Below are positions 55,920 to 64,000 of a stretch of 64,000 bases of DNA, in pieces; within the stretch, counting starts at the first letter, position 1, and each line of letters starts with the position of its first letter. This stretch comes from an uncultured Gemmatimonadales bacterium (GTDB lineage: Bacteria > Gemmatimonadota > Gemmatimonadetes > Gemmatimonadales > Gemmatimonadaceae): assembly GCA_963850905.1 (NCBI GenBank), contig CAWKMU010000003.1:992001-1056000 (forward strand), written 5' to 3'. The notes beneath the pieces were generated by a model. That model had not been told where the DNA came from and ran no database searches. It was given only the letters and a program-made list of their open reading frames with translations. Made by a program: the position numbers and the translations under genes.

Positions 55920-56060
55920 GGGCGGACTGAAGCCCGCCCCTACATGTCAGTATGGACGGTGACTCTCCGGAGCGCCGCGGCGACGATTGCAGTGCCGGTC
56001 GGCGAATCCGGATTTGACGCTGCCCGCAGCAACATGTAGGGGCGGCCTTCAGGCCGCCCG
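55920..56060. repeat. REPIN-like doublet, copy 5
   Basis: Same REPs and spacer as copies 2 and 4; (GTCACCC)n arm at about 56086-56117. Confidence 0.85.
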
Positions 56061-56095
56061 GTGGTTGTTCGTCGCCGTGGTTGGTCCGTCACCCA

Positions 56096-57202
56096 TCACC
56101 CGTCACCCGTCACCCGGCCCTTCAGCACTCTCTCGTACACTTCCGCCGTCCGCTCCGCCGTGCGTGCGATGCTGAACGTTTCCGCCCTGGCGCGGGCCGC
56201 CATAGCGTAGTCGGCTCGGCGCGTCGGGTCGGTGCGCACCTCGTTCAGAAGTGAGCCGATCGCATCGCCAAGGGCGCGGCTGTCACCAACGGGTGTGAGG
56301 CGCCCACAGTCCGCTGTGACGATCTCCGGGATGCCGCCGGCCGTGGTAGCTGCGATCGGCTTGCCAAGCGAGAGAGCGTCCAGCAGGACCGTCCCAAGCC
56401 CCTCCTCGCGCGAGCTCAGTGCGACGATGTCGGCGGCGGCGAGGAGCGCATCTGCGTCGGTCCGGTACCCTGTCAGGTGCAACGAGCCGGCGAGCCCAAG
56501 CCGGTCAATCGCGGCGTGTGCTGCGTCGCGCAGCGGGCCGTCCCCGACGAGGAGCGCCTGGATGTCGGGTACGCGCGCACGCGCCGCTGCGATCGCGTCG
56601 ACGAACGTGAGTGGGTCCTTGTGGGGCACCAATTGCGCGACTTGCACGACCAGCGGCGCCCCCCTCGGCACGCCAATCGCGGCCAGGACATCATCCGACG
56701 CGCGGTCGACCCGGCGGGCGAGATCGACGCCGCTCGGGATCACCGTGATGCGCGGTCGCGCGATGCCACTGGCAACCATCACCTCCGCGACCGCGCGCGA
56801 GATCGCGATCAGTGCGTCCGCGCGATCGTATTTCCATCGGCTTGCGGCGGTGTAGCCAAGTGGAAAATCCACTCGGCGCGTCACGACGACGCGGACAGCG
56901 GTGCCAATGGTCGCGAGTACCGCGATGGCGACTGCGTGGGCGGTATGGGCGTGTACGACTGCGACTCCATTGCGTCGCACCGCGGATCGAAGCCGCCACG
57001 CGGCGAGCAGGTCGAATTCCCCCGCGGGTCGAAGGGGTATGACCGGGATGCCGCACGCATCAGCGCGTGTCGCCAACGCCTCGCCCGGACGCGCGCCGAT
57101 CACCGATCGATGGCGCGACGGGTCCAGCGCTTGTGCCAACCACAGGACCTGACGTTCCCCGCCTCGCCACCCGCGCTCCGTGTCCACGTGGAGCACGGTC
57201 AT
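56096..57202 (-). CDS. GT4 glycosyltransferase
   Basis: WRGGERQ, VHAHT, HKD, SREEGLGTVLLDA, GGIPE. Confidence 0.88.
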   Translation of the reverse strand: MTVLHVDTERGWRGGERQVLWLAQALDPSRHRSVIGARPGEALATRADACGIPVIPLRPAGEFDLLAAWRLRSAVRRNGVAVVHAHTAHAVAIAVLATIGTAVRVVVTRRVDFPLGYTAASRWKYDRADALIAISRAVAEVMVASGIARPRITVIPSGVDLARRVDRASDDVLAAIGVPRGAPLVVQVAQLVPHKDPLTFVDAIAAARARVPDIQALLVGDGPLRDAAHAAIDRLGLAGSLHLTGYRTDADALLAAADIVALSSREEGLGTVLLDALSLGKPIAATTAGGIPEIVTADCGRLTPVGDSRALGDAIGSLLNEVRTDPTRRADYAMAARARAETFSIARTAERTAEVYERVLKGRVTGDG

Positions 57203-57228
57203 CGGGTCTCCGGCTCGCGCTGATTGGC

Positions 57229-58218
57229 TCACAGGTGATGTTGCAGTCGGTCGAAGAAGCGTTGTGCCGCAGCCTCGATCGTCAACGAAGCGAAGTGCGC
57301 CACGGGCGGTGGACCACTGGAGAGCGCGTGCTCGAGCGCCGTCGCGAGGCTGTCGTCGTCGTCGAGCGTGAAGAAATGCGCGGCCGGGCCGAGAAACTCG
57401 CGGTGCGCCGGAATGTCGGAGGCGACGACGGGGACGCCACACATCGCGGCCTCGATACCCGTCAGGCCCAGCCCCTCGAAGCGGCTGGGGCAGACAACGA
57501 CGGAAGCGCGACGGTAGGTGGCGATGAGGTCGGCCGTGGCCAAGCCGCTTCGTATCTGGCATGCAACTCCGAGGCGCTGAGCAAGTGCCTCCAGCTGAGG
57601 TTGCACCGGGCCGCGCCCGATGAGCTCGACGCAAGCCCGCAGCCGGGCGGCCGCACGCAGCACCGCCTCATGGTTCTTGGGCGCGGTCAACCGAGACACC
57701 GACAAGAGGACCGTCGGATGATCCGGCCGCCTCAGAGCGTCTCGCTCCACTCGAAGCGATGGCGTGAACAGGTCGGAGTTGAAGCAGTACGGCACTGGCA
57801 CGGCCGCCACGCCGAATCGCCGCGCGACGTCGGCGGCCGATGCGGAGCTCGGGGTCCAAACGGCTTCGGCGTGTCGCGCGGCATACCGGAGGCGACTATA
57901 GTAGCCGCGGCGAGTTGTGTAGCGGCCCCTGAGGCGCGGGAGACGCAGGAGGTGACCCCGCACCGACAGTACGTAATCGGCCCTCCCTTCGCCAAGCCGA
58001 AACGGGGGTAGGTCCCACACATACGTCAGTAGCGGCACCCGGGTCCGCCGCGCATACCGCCAGGCAGCGCCGGCCAGGTCGTGATTCATGGAGAGGGCGA
58101 CCGCGGCGGGCTCGATGCCAGTCGTCGCGATGTCCAGCCCCATCCGCCGGAGGTGAGGGAGGACGAGTTGCTCGTAGTCGTTTTGTGCGAACCAACGAAC
58201 GCCGTGCGCGCTTGGCAC
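57229..58218 (-). CDS. GT4 glycosyltransferase
   Basis: SVSRL..KN, PSRFEGLGLTGIEA, SDIPAHRE; start uncertain. Confidence 0.8.
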   Translation of the reverse strand: MPSAHGVRWFAQNDYEQLVLPHLRRMGLDIATTGIEPAAVALSMNHDLAGAAWRYARRTRVPLLTYVWDLPPFRLGEGRADYVLSVRGHLLRLPRLRGRYTTRRGYYSRLRYAARHAEAVWTPSSASAADVARRFGVAAVPVPYCFNSDLFTPSLRVERDALRRPDHPTVLLSVSRLTAPKNHEAVLRAAARLRACVELIGRGPVQPQLEALAQRLGVACQIRSGLATADLIATYRRASVVVCPSRFEGLGLTGIEAAMCGVPVVASDIPAHREFLGPAAHFFTLDDDDSLATALEHALSSGPPPVAHFASLTIEAAAQRFFDRLQHHL

Positions 58219-58731
58219 GCGACAAACTACCAAAACGACAAGGGCGCAGCGGCCTTGGATGTGTGAAAACACTTGGATCGGCGTCTCAATCCCAGGGAGG
58301 CGCCGCCTCCTGGTGTCAACAAACTCCCTGCCCGTTCGCTCCTTTCTGGGGGCGCAGGGCGGCCACGGGCGCCTGTCAGGGGGCTCGTCCGAGGTCAACC
58401 ATTATCGGAGCACCCCGTGTCATACCTAGTGGGAGCTAGCGGTTGTCGCGTCACGAATGCTTCGTGATTCGACGGGGTCTTTTGCGGCCGGTTCGATGCC
58501 TTGCGACGGCCAGGTGTCTCAGGATGGATAAGCTGAGTGTAGCCGGAAGTAGACATCTCGATGAAGGTTCGGTATATTGTCGGCGTCGGTCAAGCGGCGT
58601 AAGTAGCAGCCGCACAACCACATGTACGCCGCAACGTCACCGCGTTTCCCAAGGCATGCGGCGTGCGAGGTCGTGTGCTCGGACAACGGGTCCGTACGGC
58701 CTGATTACTCGAAGAGGGATACGAGGCGAAC

Positions 58732-59430
58732 ATGGCTGACGTCGCGCTGAAGCGAGCGACTTCCCAGGTACCGCCCACAGAACGCTTTCGTGAGGAGGCT
58801 GCGCCTCGGACTACTACGTCCGGCGGCGGGGCTCATCGGCTACGGGAGTCACTGCGGACGCAAGACGATGCCGGGGTGGTCGAAGCGTTTCTGGGGGGCG
58901 AGGAGCGGGCGTTCGAAGAGTTGGTTGAGCGGTATCAGGTCCGGTTGCTCAACTTCGTGTATCGGACGATCGGCGATCGCGAACGGGCCGAAGATCTGGT
59001 GCAGGAGGTGTTCATCCGGGTGTACCGCCACCTCCATCGGTTCGACCGGTCGAAGAAGTTCTCGACCTGGGTCTATACCATCGCGTCGAACCTGGCCAAG
59101 AACGAGTTGCGGAATCGGTCGCGGAATCCTTTGGTGTTGTTCCAGGCCATCAAGAAGACGTGGGACGACGACGAGCGGCCGGTCCAGTTCGAGGACCACG
59201 GTTCGCGCCCCGACGACTTGTATCGGAAGCGGCACCTGCGCGAGTTGGTCGAGGCCTCGGTCGCGCGCCTGCCGGCGCATCACCGCCAAGTCTTCGTGCT
59301 CCGCGAGCTCGAGGGCAAGTCGTACGAGGAAATCGCCGAGATCACCGCCTGTAACCTCGGCACCGTGAAATCGCGGCTCAATCGGGCACGGACGTCGTTT
59401 GCGGAGATTATTGGGCCGGGGCTGAAGTAA
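58732..59430 (+). CDS. ECF sigma-70 factor
   Basis: AEDLVQEVF, FSTWVYTIASN, SYEEIAEI..GTVKSRLNRAR. Confidence 0.93.
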   Translation: MADVALKRATSQVPPTERFREEAAPRTTTSGGGAHRLRESLRTQDDAGVVEAFLGGEERAFEELVERYQVRLLNFVYRTIGDRERAEDLVQEVFIRVYRHLHRFDRSKKFSTWVYTIASNLAKNELRNRSRNPLVLFQAIKKTWDDDERPVQFEDHGSRPDDLYRKRHLRELVEASVARLPAHHRQVFVLRELEGKSYEEIAEITACNLGTVKSRLNRARTSFAEIIGPGLK

Positions 59431-59439
59431 GGCCGAACT

Positions 59440-59553
59440 GCGGGTCTGGGGTTTGGGGTTTGGGAAGACAAACTGCGGGGGCTGGTTGCGGCGCGTCGCA
59501 ACCGGCCCTTCGTGTTTGTTCCCCAGACCCCAAACCCTAAACCCCAGACCCGC
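59440..59553. repeat. Palindromic element with (GGGGTYT)n arms
   Basis: Core GACAAAC...GTTTGTTC. Confidence 0.85.
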
Positions 59554-59652
59554 CGTTCAGGCTTCAAGCCAAAGCCCCGCCCGCCCCCTGGAACTAGCCC
59601 TAGCATCCCGTGTATTCTCCCGCGTCACTACCTCAGGTGCTCTGGGCACGCT

Positions 59653-60312
59653 ATGGACTGCAGGACCTTTCGGGAGAACCACGCGCAATTCGTAGACGGG
59701 CTCGTTGCTGACGAGGAGCTCGTAACGATGCAGCGACATGTTGCGGAGTGCATCGCGTGCGCGACCCATGATGCGACGATTCGACGCGCGCTGTTGTTGT
59801 TCCGCAATATGCCGGGCATCGAGCCGTCGGCCGAATTCGCAGGTCGTCTCCAAGTGCGTTTGCGCGCAGAGCGAAGGGAGCAGCGTGCCCGCGCACAGAC
59901 GGCGGGATACGGCGGCCGTGGCGCTCGCACCTTTGCGGTCGCGGGGGCAGGCTTGCTCGCCGCTGGCCTTGCCGTCTTCGCGGTGTTGGGGGTAGGCGGC
60001 CACATGTCGGCGTCGGTGTCGACTCTGTCCGCTGCGCCTATGTTGACGTTCTCGCCAGTGGTGGTTGCCGCGGCCGCGCCCCGTTCGCGGCCCGAGCGCG
60101 TCAGGACGATTGTCGGCGCGGGCGCGGCGACCCTCCTGCGCGATGCTGGCGTGCCTCGTCTCGACCCCAGGGATCCGTGGAGTTCCCTCACCGATCCTGC
60201 GTTCGCCGCCTCCGTCTCAGCTGGCATGCCCGTGTGGCCCGCCGCGGCCCTGGCAGCGCACGCGCCAACCGCGTTGGGGTCTCCGATGAAGCTGACGAAT
60301 TTGGAGAGATAG
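59653..60312 (+). CDS. Zinc-binding anti-sigma factor (ZAS) with TM helix
   Basis: MDC...HVAECIAC (HxxxCxxC), one TM; follows the ECF sigma gene. Confidence 0.8.
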   Translation: MDCRTFRENHAQFVDGLVADEELVTMQRHVAECIACATHDATIRRALLLFRNMPGIEPSAEFAGRLQVRLRAERREQRARAQTAGYGGRGARTFAVAGAGLLAAGLAVFAVLGVGGHMSASVSTLSAAPMLTFSPVVVAAAAPRSRPERVRTIVGAGAATLLRDAGVPRLDPRDPWSSLTDPAFAASVSAGMPVWPAAALAAHAPTALGSPMKLTNLER

Positions 60313-60320
60313 AAAAGGAC

Positions 60321-60448
60321 GGACGTTAGACGCTGGACGTTAGACGCTGGACGTTAGACGCTAGCACAAACCTCGAGGGCCAGTCGCGGTGCAAGCGGCT
60401 GGCCCTCGATTTGTTTTCAAGCGTCCAGCGTCTAACGTCCAGCGTCTA
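60321..60448. repeat. Palindromic element with (TRGACGY)n arms
   Basis: About 6 heptamers on the left and 4 inverted units on the right. Confidence 0.85.
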
Positions 60449-60455
60449 CTCCCCT

Positions 60456-60701
60456 ATGTCCCCCTCCAACGACTGGGTTTCCCCGAGCGACATCGCCGCC
60501 TACACCTACTGCGCGCGCGCGTACTGGCTCGAGCGGGTGCGGCACTTCGACCGCACGGGCGCGGGCACTGAGCGGCTCGAGATCGGCCAATCGCAGCACC
60601 AATTGCATGGCCGCCGGGTGGCAGCCCAACGTTGGCTGGTCCGACTGGCAATCGTGCTGTTGGTCGGGGCAGCGGGCCTGATGTGGGTGGCGAGTCGGTA
60701 G
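60456..60701 (+). CDS. Small protein matching the N-terminal module of Cas4-like nucleases, with a C-terminal TM helix
   Basis: VSPSDIAAYTYCARAYWL and GQSQH motifs; hydrophobic LAIVLLVGAAGLMWV. Confidence 0.7.
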   Translation: MSPSNDWVSPSDIAAYTYCARAYWLERVRHFDRTGAGTERLEIGQSQHQLHGRRVAAQRWLVRLAIVLLVGAAGLMWVASR

Positions 60702-61243
60702 CGGCGAGACACCGAGTCGTGATCCTGCTCGCGATTGGTCTGGTGGTGGTGGCGCTCGCGCTCCTCGTCGGGGCGCGTCGCATTGGCACGGCGACTGGCG
60801 TTCGCACGGGCGCGCCCATCGTGGCGTCGGATGTTGGCGTAGAGCCGTCGGTTCTGCTCGAGGCTCCCATATCCCGGCTTCGAGGGCGCCCAGATTACCT
60901 GCTCCGCGAGCGCGCCCGCGGACGGATCTACCCGGTCGAGGTCAAGCCGACCCGTGAGTCTGCGACGCTGTTCGAGGCGGATCTGCTGCAGATCGGGGCG
61001 TACATGCTCCTGACTGAATCGACGTATGGGCGCGAGTTTGCCGGCTATGGCCTTGTCCGCTATCGATCCGCGGAGTTCCGCGTCGCGCTCACTCGAGACC
61101 TCAGGTGGCGATGTCTCGCAGCTGCGGAAGGTGTCCGTGCGGCGCGGCGAGCGGCCGAGGTGCATCGCAGCCACCGGATTCCCGCGCGGTGCGCCGGCTG
61201 TGCAGTGCGTGGACGCTGTGCGGAGGAACTCCGGGCCTTGTAG
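60683..61243 (+). CDS. Cas4/RecB-like PD-(D/E)xK nuclease core with an N-terminal TM helix
   Basis: GRPDY, PVEVK, QIGAY, C-terminal CAGCAVRGRC; start at GTG 60683 or 60719. Confidence 0.82.
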   Translation: MGGESVAARHRVVILLAIGLVVVALALLVGARRIGTATGVRTGAPIVASDVGVEPSVLLEAPISRLRGRPDYLLRERARGRIYPVEVKPTRESATLFEADLLQIGAYMLLTESTYGREFAGYGLVRYRSAEFRVALTRDLRWRCLAAAEGVRAARRAAEVHRSHRIPARCAGCAVRGRCAEELRAL

Positions 61244-61252
61244 TTTCCTTTC

Positions 61253-62365
61253 ATGCCCACTGCCAGCGAGCACGTCTTCCGGAAGGCCGTGACGGCTCGG
61301 TCGTTTGCGGCGGTGTACTATCTCCATGGGGACGATGATTTCCGGAAGGAAGACGCCATGTCGGCAGCGCTCGCAGCGGCGGTAGAGCCAGGCTGTCGCG
61401 CGTTTGACCTCGACGTGCGCCGTGCTCAGGATCTCGACGCAGAGTCGATCGTCGCGCTACTCGAGACGCCACCACTCGCCGGATCGCGGCGAGCCGTGGC
61501 CATCCGGGATGTGCACGCGTTGAAAAAGGATGCTCGCAAGGAGCTCGAGCGGTATCTGGACCGTCCGGCAATGGATTTGCTGCTCCTGCTCGTCGGAGTC
61601 GGGGGCGAGAAAGTCGACCGGACGTTGAGCGAGCGCACCGTGGCCGTGGAATTCCCAGTCCTCACCGGCGATCGCCTACCCAGATGGATCGCGCACCGCG
61701 CTAACGAGCTCGGCGTGCCAATCACGCCAGAGGCCGCCACACTGCTGCACGAAGCGGTCGGGACTGATCTGGGCGCACTCGCCTCCGAACTGGACAAGCT
61801 CGCCAGCTACGCGCGCGGCACTGCCGCCGCCACCCGCGAGCCAGGTCAGGGGGGACCAGTCCAGATCGATGACGCAGCAGTGACCGCGGTCGTGGGTGTC
61901 CGCCGCGGCGAGACGTCGGGTGACTTGCTCGACCGCGTGGCCGAGCGCGATGCCAAGGGCGCGCTTGCGCTGGTAGAGCCGGTGCTGGCGCAACCGAAAT
62001 CGAGCGCCGTCGGCACGGTCATGGCCTTGGCCACGCAGACGCTCGCGCTTGCGTGGGGCCGCGCGAAGCGCGAACAAGGTGTGTCACGCAACCGTCTGGC
62101 ACCAGAGTTTTTTGCGCTGCTCAAGGAAACCGGCGCGAGCCCGATGCGCCCCTGGGGTGAAGCGGTCGCAACCTGGGTGCGTGCTGTCGATCTCTGGACG
62201 CCGCAAGCGCTGGACCACGCGCTGGACGCGTTGACACTCGCCGATACCGCGTTGAAGGAGACGCGTATGACAAGCGACGAACAGGCGATCGCCGCCCTCG
62301 TGCTTGCGATGTGCGTCGATGTCGAGCACTCCGCCGCGGTGCGTCACGAGGGAGCGGCCGCGTGA
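61253..62365 (+). CDS. holA: DNA polymerase III delta subunit
   Basis: VYYLHGDDDF, TPPL...RAVAIRD, LPRWI, VGTDLGALASELDKL, AD.ALK. Confidence 0.88.
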   Translation: MPTASEHVFRKAVTARSFAAVYYLHGDDDFRKEDAMSAALAAAVEPGCRAFDLDVRRAQDLDAESIVALLETPPLAGSRRAVAIRDVHALKKDARKELERYLDRPAMDLLLLLVGVGGEKVDRTLSERTVAVEFPVLTGDRLPRWIAHRANELGVPITPEAATLLHEAVGTDLGALASELDKLASYARGTAAATREPGQGGPVQIDDAAVTAVVGVRRGETSGDLLDRVAERDAKGALALVEPVLAQPKSSAVGTVMALATQTLALAWGRAKREQGVSRNRLAPEFFALLKETGASPMRPWGEAVATWVRAVDLWTPQALDHALDALTLADTALKETRMTSDEQAIAALVLAMCVDVEHSAAVRHEGAAA

Positions 62366-63573
62366 GTCGCATGCAGGCACCGACCGCACGACGGCGCCCA
62401 CGCCCACGGCAACACTGGTGCCGCGCAGTGCGGATCCGACTGTGTGCGGGTCTGGTCGCCACGGCGGTTGCCGGAGCGATCGCGTCTTCCCTGTACGCGC
62501 AGGGGACCGACAGCGCTCGTGCGACACGAGGCGATAGCGCACAGCCCACAACGCCTCGCGACACCACCCACGGCATCGCCGCGCCCCCCGCCGCGGATGC
62601 CGGGGGCGGGGCGGCACCTGGCCAGGCACGCGATACTGGCGGCGCGAGCAGTCCGCCAGCCGATACTGCCGTGCAGCGCGTGCGCTTGCTCGTGGCACAG
62701 GGGCAGACGACCGCCGCCCGGACACTCGTCGATTCGTTGTTGACGTCGACGCCGCCGACGTCACCGACATACGCGTCGATCCTGTACACGCGCGCCACGC
62801 TTGCGACAAATGCCGACAGCGCGGAGACCGACTACCGCCGCGTCATCGTGGAATACGCGGGATCCCCGCAGGCTGCCGATGCGCTCCTTCGCCTCGCGCA
62901 GCTCGAGTTGGCGCGCGGTGATCGCCAACAGGCGGCGGCGCACCTCGCGCGTCTCACGCGCGAACAGCTGCCGAATCAGACAGGGACCGCATTTGCGCGC
63001 ACCCAGCTGCAAGTGGGGCTGGCCTACTTCGACTTGCAGGATACGGCACGAGCGTGTGTCGCACTCACTGCCGCAAGCACGGCGGCGCCCTCGACTGATG
63101 TCGAGCTCCGCAACCGGATCGATTACAACACGAAACGGTGCGCATCCGCGGGCGGCGGTGCCGCGTCGAGTGCTGCGGCCGACAGCGCGCGTAAAACCGC
63201 CGCCACGCCGTCCCACCGCACGGACTCGGCGGTGAAGGCCGCAGCCGCGCGGGGCGCTGCACCGCCCACCAAGGCAGCGAGCCACGCCGGTGTGCCTGCC
63301 GCATCGACGGCTGGCGCCACCGCCACGACGCGACGAGTGCGGACGCCAGGCTTCACCGTGCAAGTGGCTGCCTATCAGACCGAAAGCGCGGCACAGGCAT
63401 TGGTCGAACACCTGCGAGCGCGTGGCTTCGTCGCGCGGATCTATGGCAGCAGCGCGCCGTTCCGCGTCCGTGTCGGTCGATTCGCGACCGAGACTCAGGC
63501 CGATTCGGCTGCGGGGTCACTCAAGAGTAAAGGCATCACGGGGTTCGTGACGCCGGCCGAGATGACGGAGTAG
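62362..63573 (+). CDS. Secreted TPR-like plus SPOR-domain protein
   Basis: Signal peptide, YAGSPQAADALLRLAQ, C-terminal FTVQVAAY...FRVRVGRF. Confidence 0.82.
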   Translation: MSRMQAPTARRRPRPRQHWCRAVRIRLCAGLVATAVAGAIASSLYAQGTDSARATRGDSAQPTTPRDTTHGIAAPPAADAGGGAAPGQARDTGGASSPPADTAVQRVRLLVAQGQTTAARTLVDSLLTSTPPTSPTYASILYTRATLATNADSAETDYRRVIVEYAGSPQAADALLRLAQLELARGDRQQAAAHLARLTREQLPNQTGTAFARTQLQVGLAYFDLQDTARACVALTAASTAAPSTDVELRNRIDYNTKRCASAGGGAASSAAADSARKTAATPSHRTDSAVKAAAARGAAPPTKAASHAGVPAASTAGATATTRRVRTPGFTVQVAAYQTESAAQALVEHLRARGFVARIYGSSAPFRVRVGRFATETQADSAAGSLKSKGITGFVTPAEMTE

Positions 63574-64000
63574 CATCGGGATTTCGGACTGCCGCCCAGG
63601 TCCAGATGGCGGCGGAAACCAAGACGCCCACTGGGATGATGAGGACGGCGCGCGCCAGCGTCGCTCGATCTGACACCCACCCGATGATGGTCGGCGAGAT
63701 GCCGTCACCCAGTGCATGAATCGTCAGAATCGATGCGGCCATCGCGGCCGCTCGCGCCGCCGGGGCGACGTCCGCGACGATCACCGCGTTGATCGGGCTC
63801 GTCGAGAGGAAGAGCAGGAAATCGGCCATGGCCAGGGCCGTCCAAAACACCGCCGGTGACGATGCCGTGAGCGCCACGTACACGAGCGGCGTCGCAACGA
63901 GCATCGAAAGCGCGCTGAGCCAGAGATAGCCATGTCGGATGCGTCGCTCGAGTGCGTCCCCGATCACGCCGCCAAGAAAAGTCCCCACGAATCCGGTAAT
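63536..64000 (-). CDS. MFS transporter (spinster-like), C-terminal part (runs off right edge)
   Basis: Multiple TMs, GTFLGG..GD, HALGDGISPTIIGWVSD. Confidence 0.8.
   Translation of the reverse strand: MTGFVGTFLGGVIGDALERRIRHGYLWLSALSMLVATPLVYVALTASSPAVFWTALAMADFLLFLSTSPINAVIVADVAPAARAAAMAASILTIHALGDGISPTIIGWVSDRATLARAVLIIPVGVLVSAAIWTWAAVRNPDATPSSRPASRTP

Noticed and set aside
57180..57195. parS-like palindrome GTGTCCACGTGGAGCA
   Set aside because: Four mismatches to the parS consensus, and explained by coding sequence (VLHVDT).
58651..58667. Sigma54-like GG-N10-GC upstream of the ECF sigma gene
   Set aside because: Weak flanking match, expected by chance in GC-rich DNA.
60321..61243. CRISPR-Cas locus around the Cas4-like gene
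   Set aside because: No cas1/cas2 or effector genes, and adjacent repeats are 7-nt tandems without unique spacers. No repeat-spacer array was seen in the window.
1..64000. tRNA/rRNA genes, prophage, integrase, autonomous transposase
   Set aside because: None recognised by eye; a tRNAscan/Infernal run would be needed to exclude small RNAs or riboswitches, e.g. in 16352-16691 or 51243-51604.

Overview
GC-rich bacterial chromosome segment containing the replication origin. It is most likely Gemmatimonadota, inferred from the L34 sequence with its C-terminal extension and from the Ser/Thr kinase-TolB-TPR and AraC-type proteins; this was not tested phylogenetically. Left part: polA (partial), kinases, pyrE, rnpB, dnaN-oriC-dnaA, rpmH-rnpA-yidD-yidC-mnmE. 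Middle (about 16.7-51.2 kb): a methylotrophy/C1-oxidation region with porin-xoxF-xoxJ-xoxG-beta-propeller (lanthanide-type methanol dehydrogenase), the H4MPT/methylofuran formaldehyde-oxidation enzymes (fae, mtd, mch, fhcBADC) and most cofactor-biosynthesis genes, plus unexplained extras (DUF1464-like kinase, FxxxK SDR, CExxHGH PTPS). Right part: M16 peptidase pair, Nudix, glycosyltransferases, ECF sigma/anti-sigma, holA, a SPOR protein and a partial MFS transporter. Two signals stand out. First, a Cas4/RecB-type Fe-S nuclease appears split into two membrane-anchored polypeptides, with no CRISPR context in the window (60.5-61.2 kb). Second, a dense family of small palindromic elements has related cores but arms built from different 7-nt tandem units; these host nested GTAG-type REPINs and invade start codons, stop codons and coding sequence. 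All protein calls come from motifs recognised by eye; no database searches were run.
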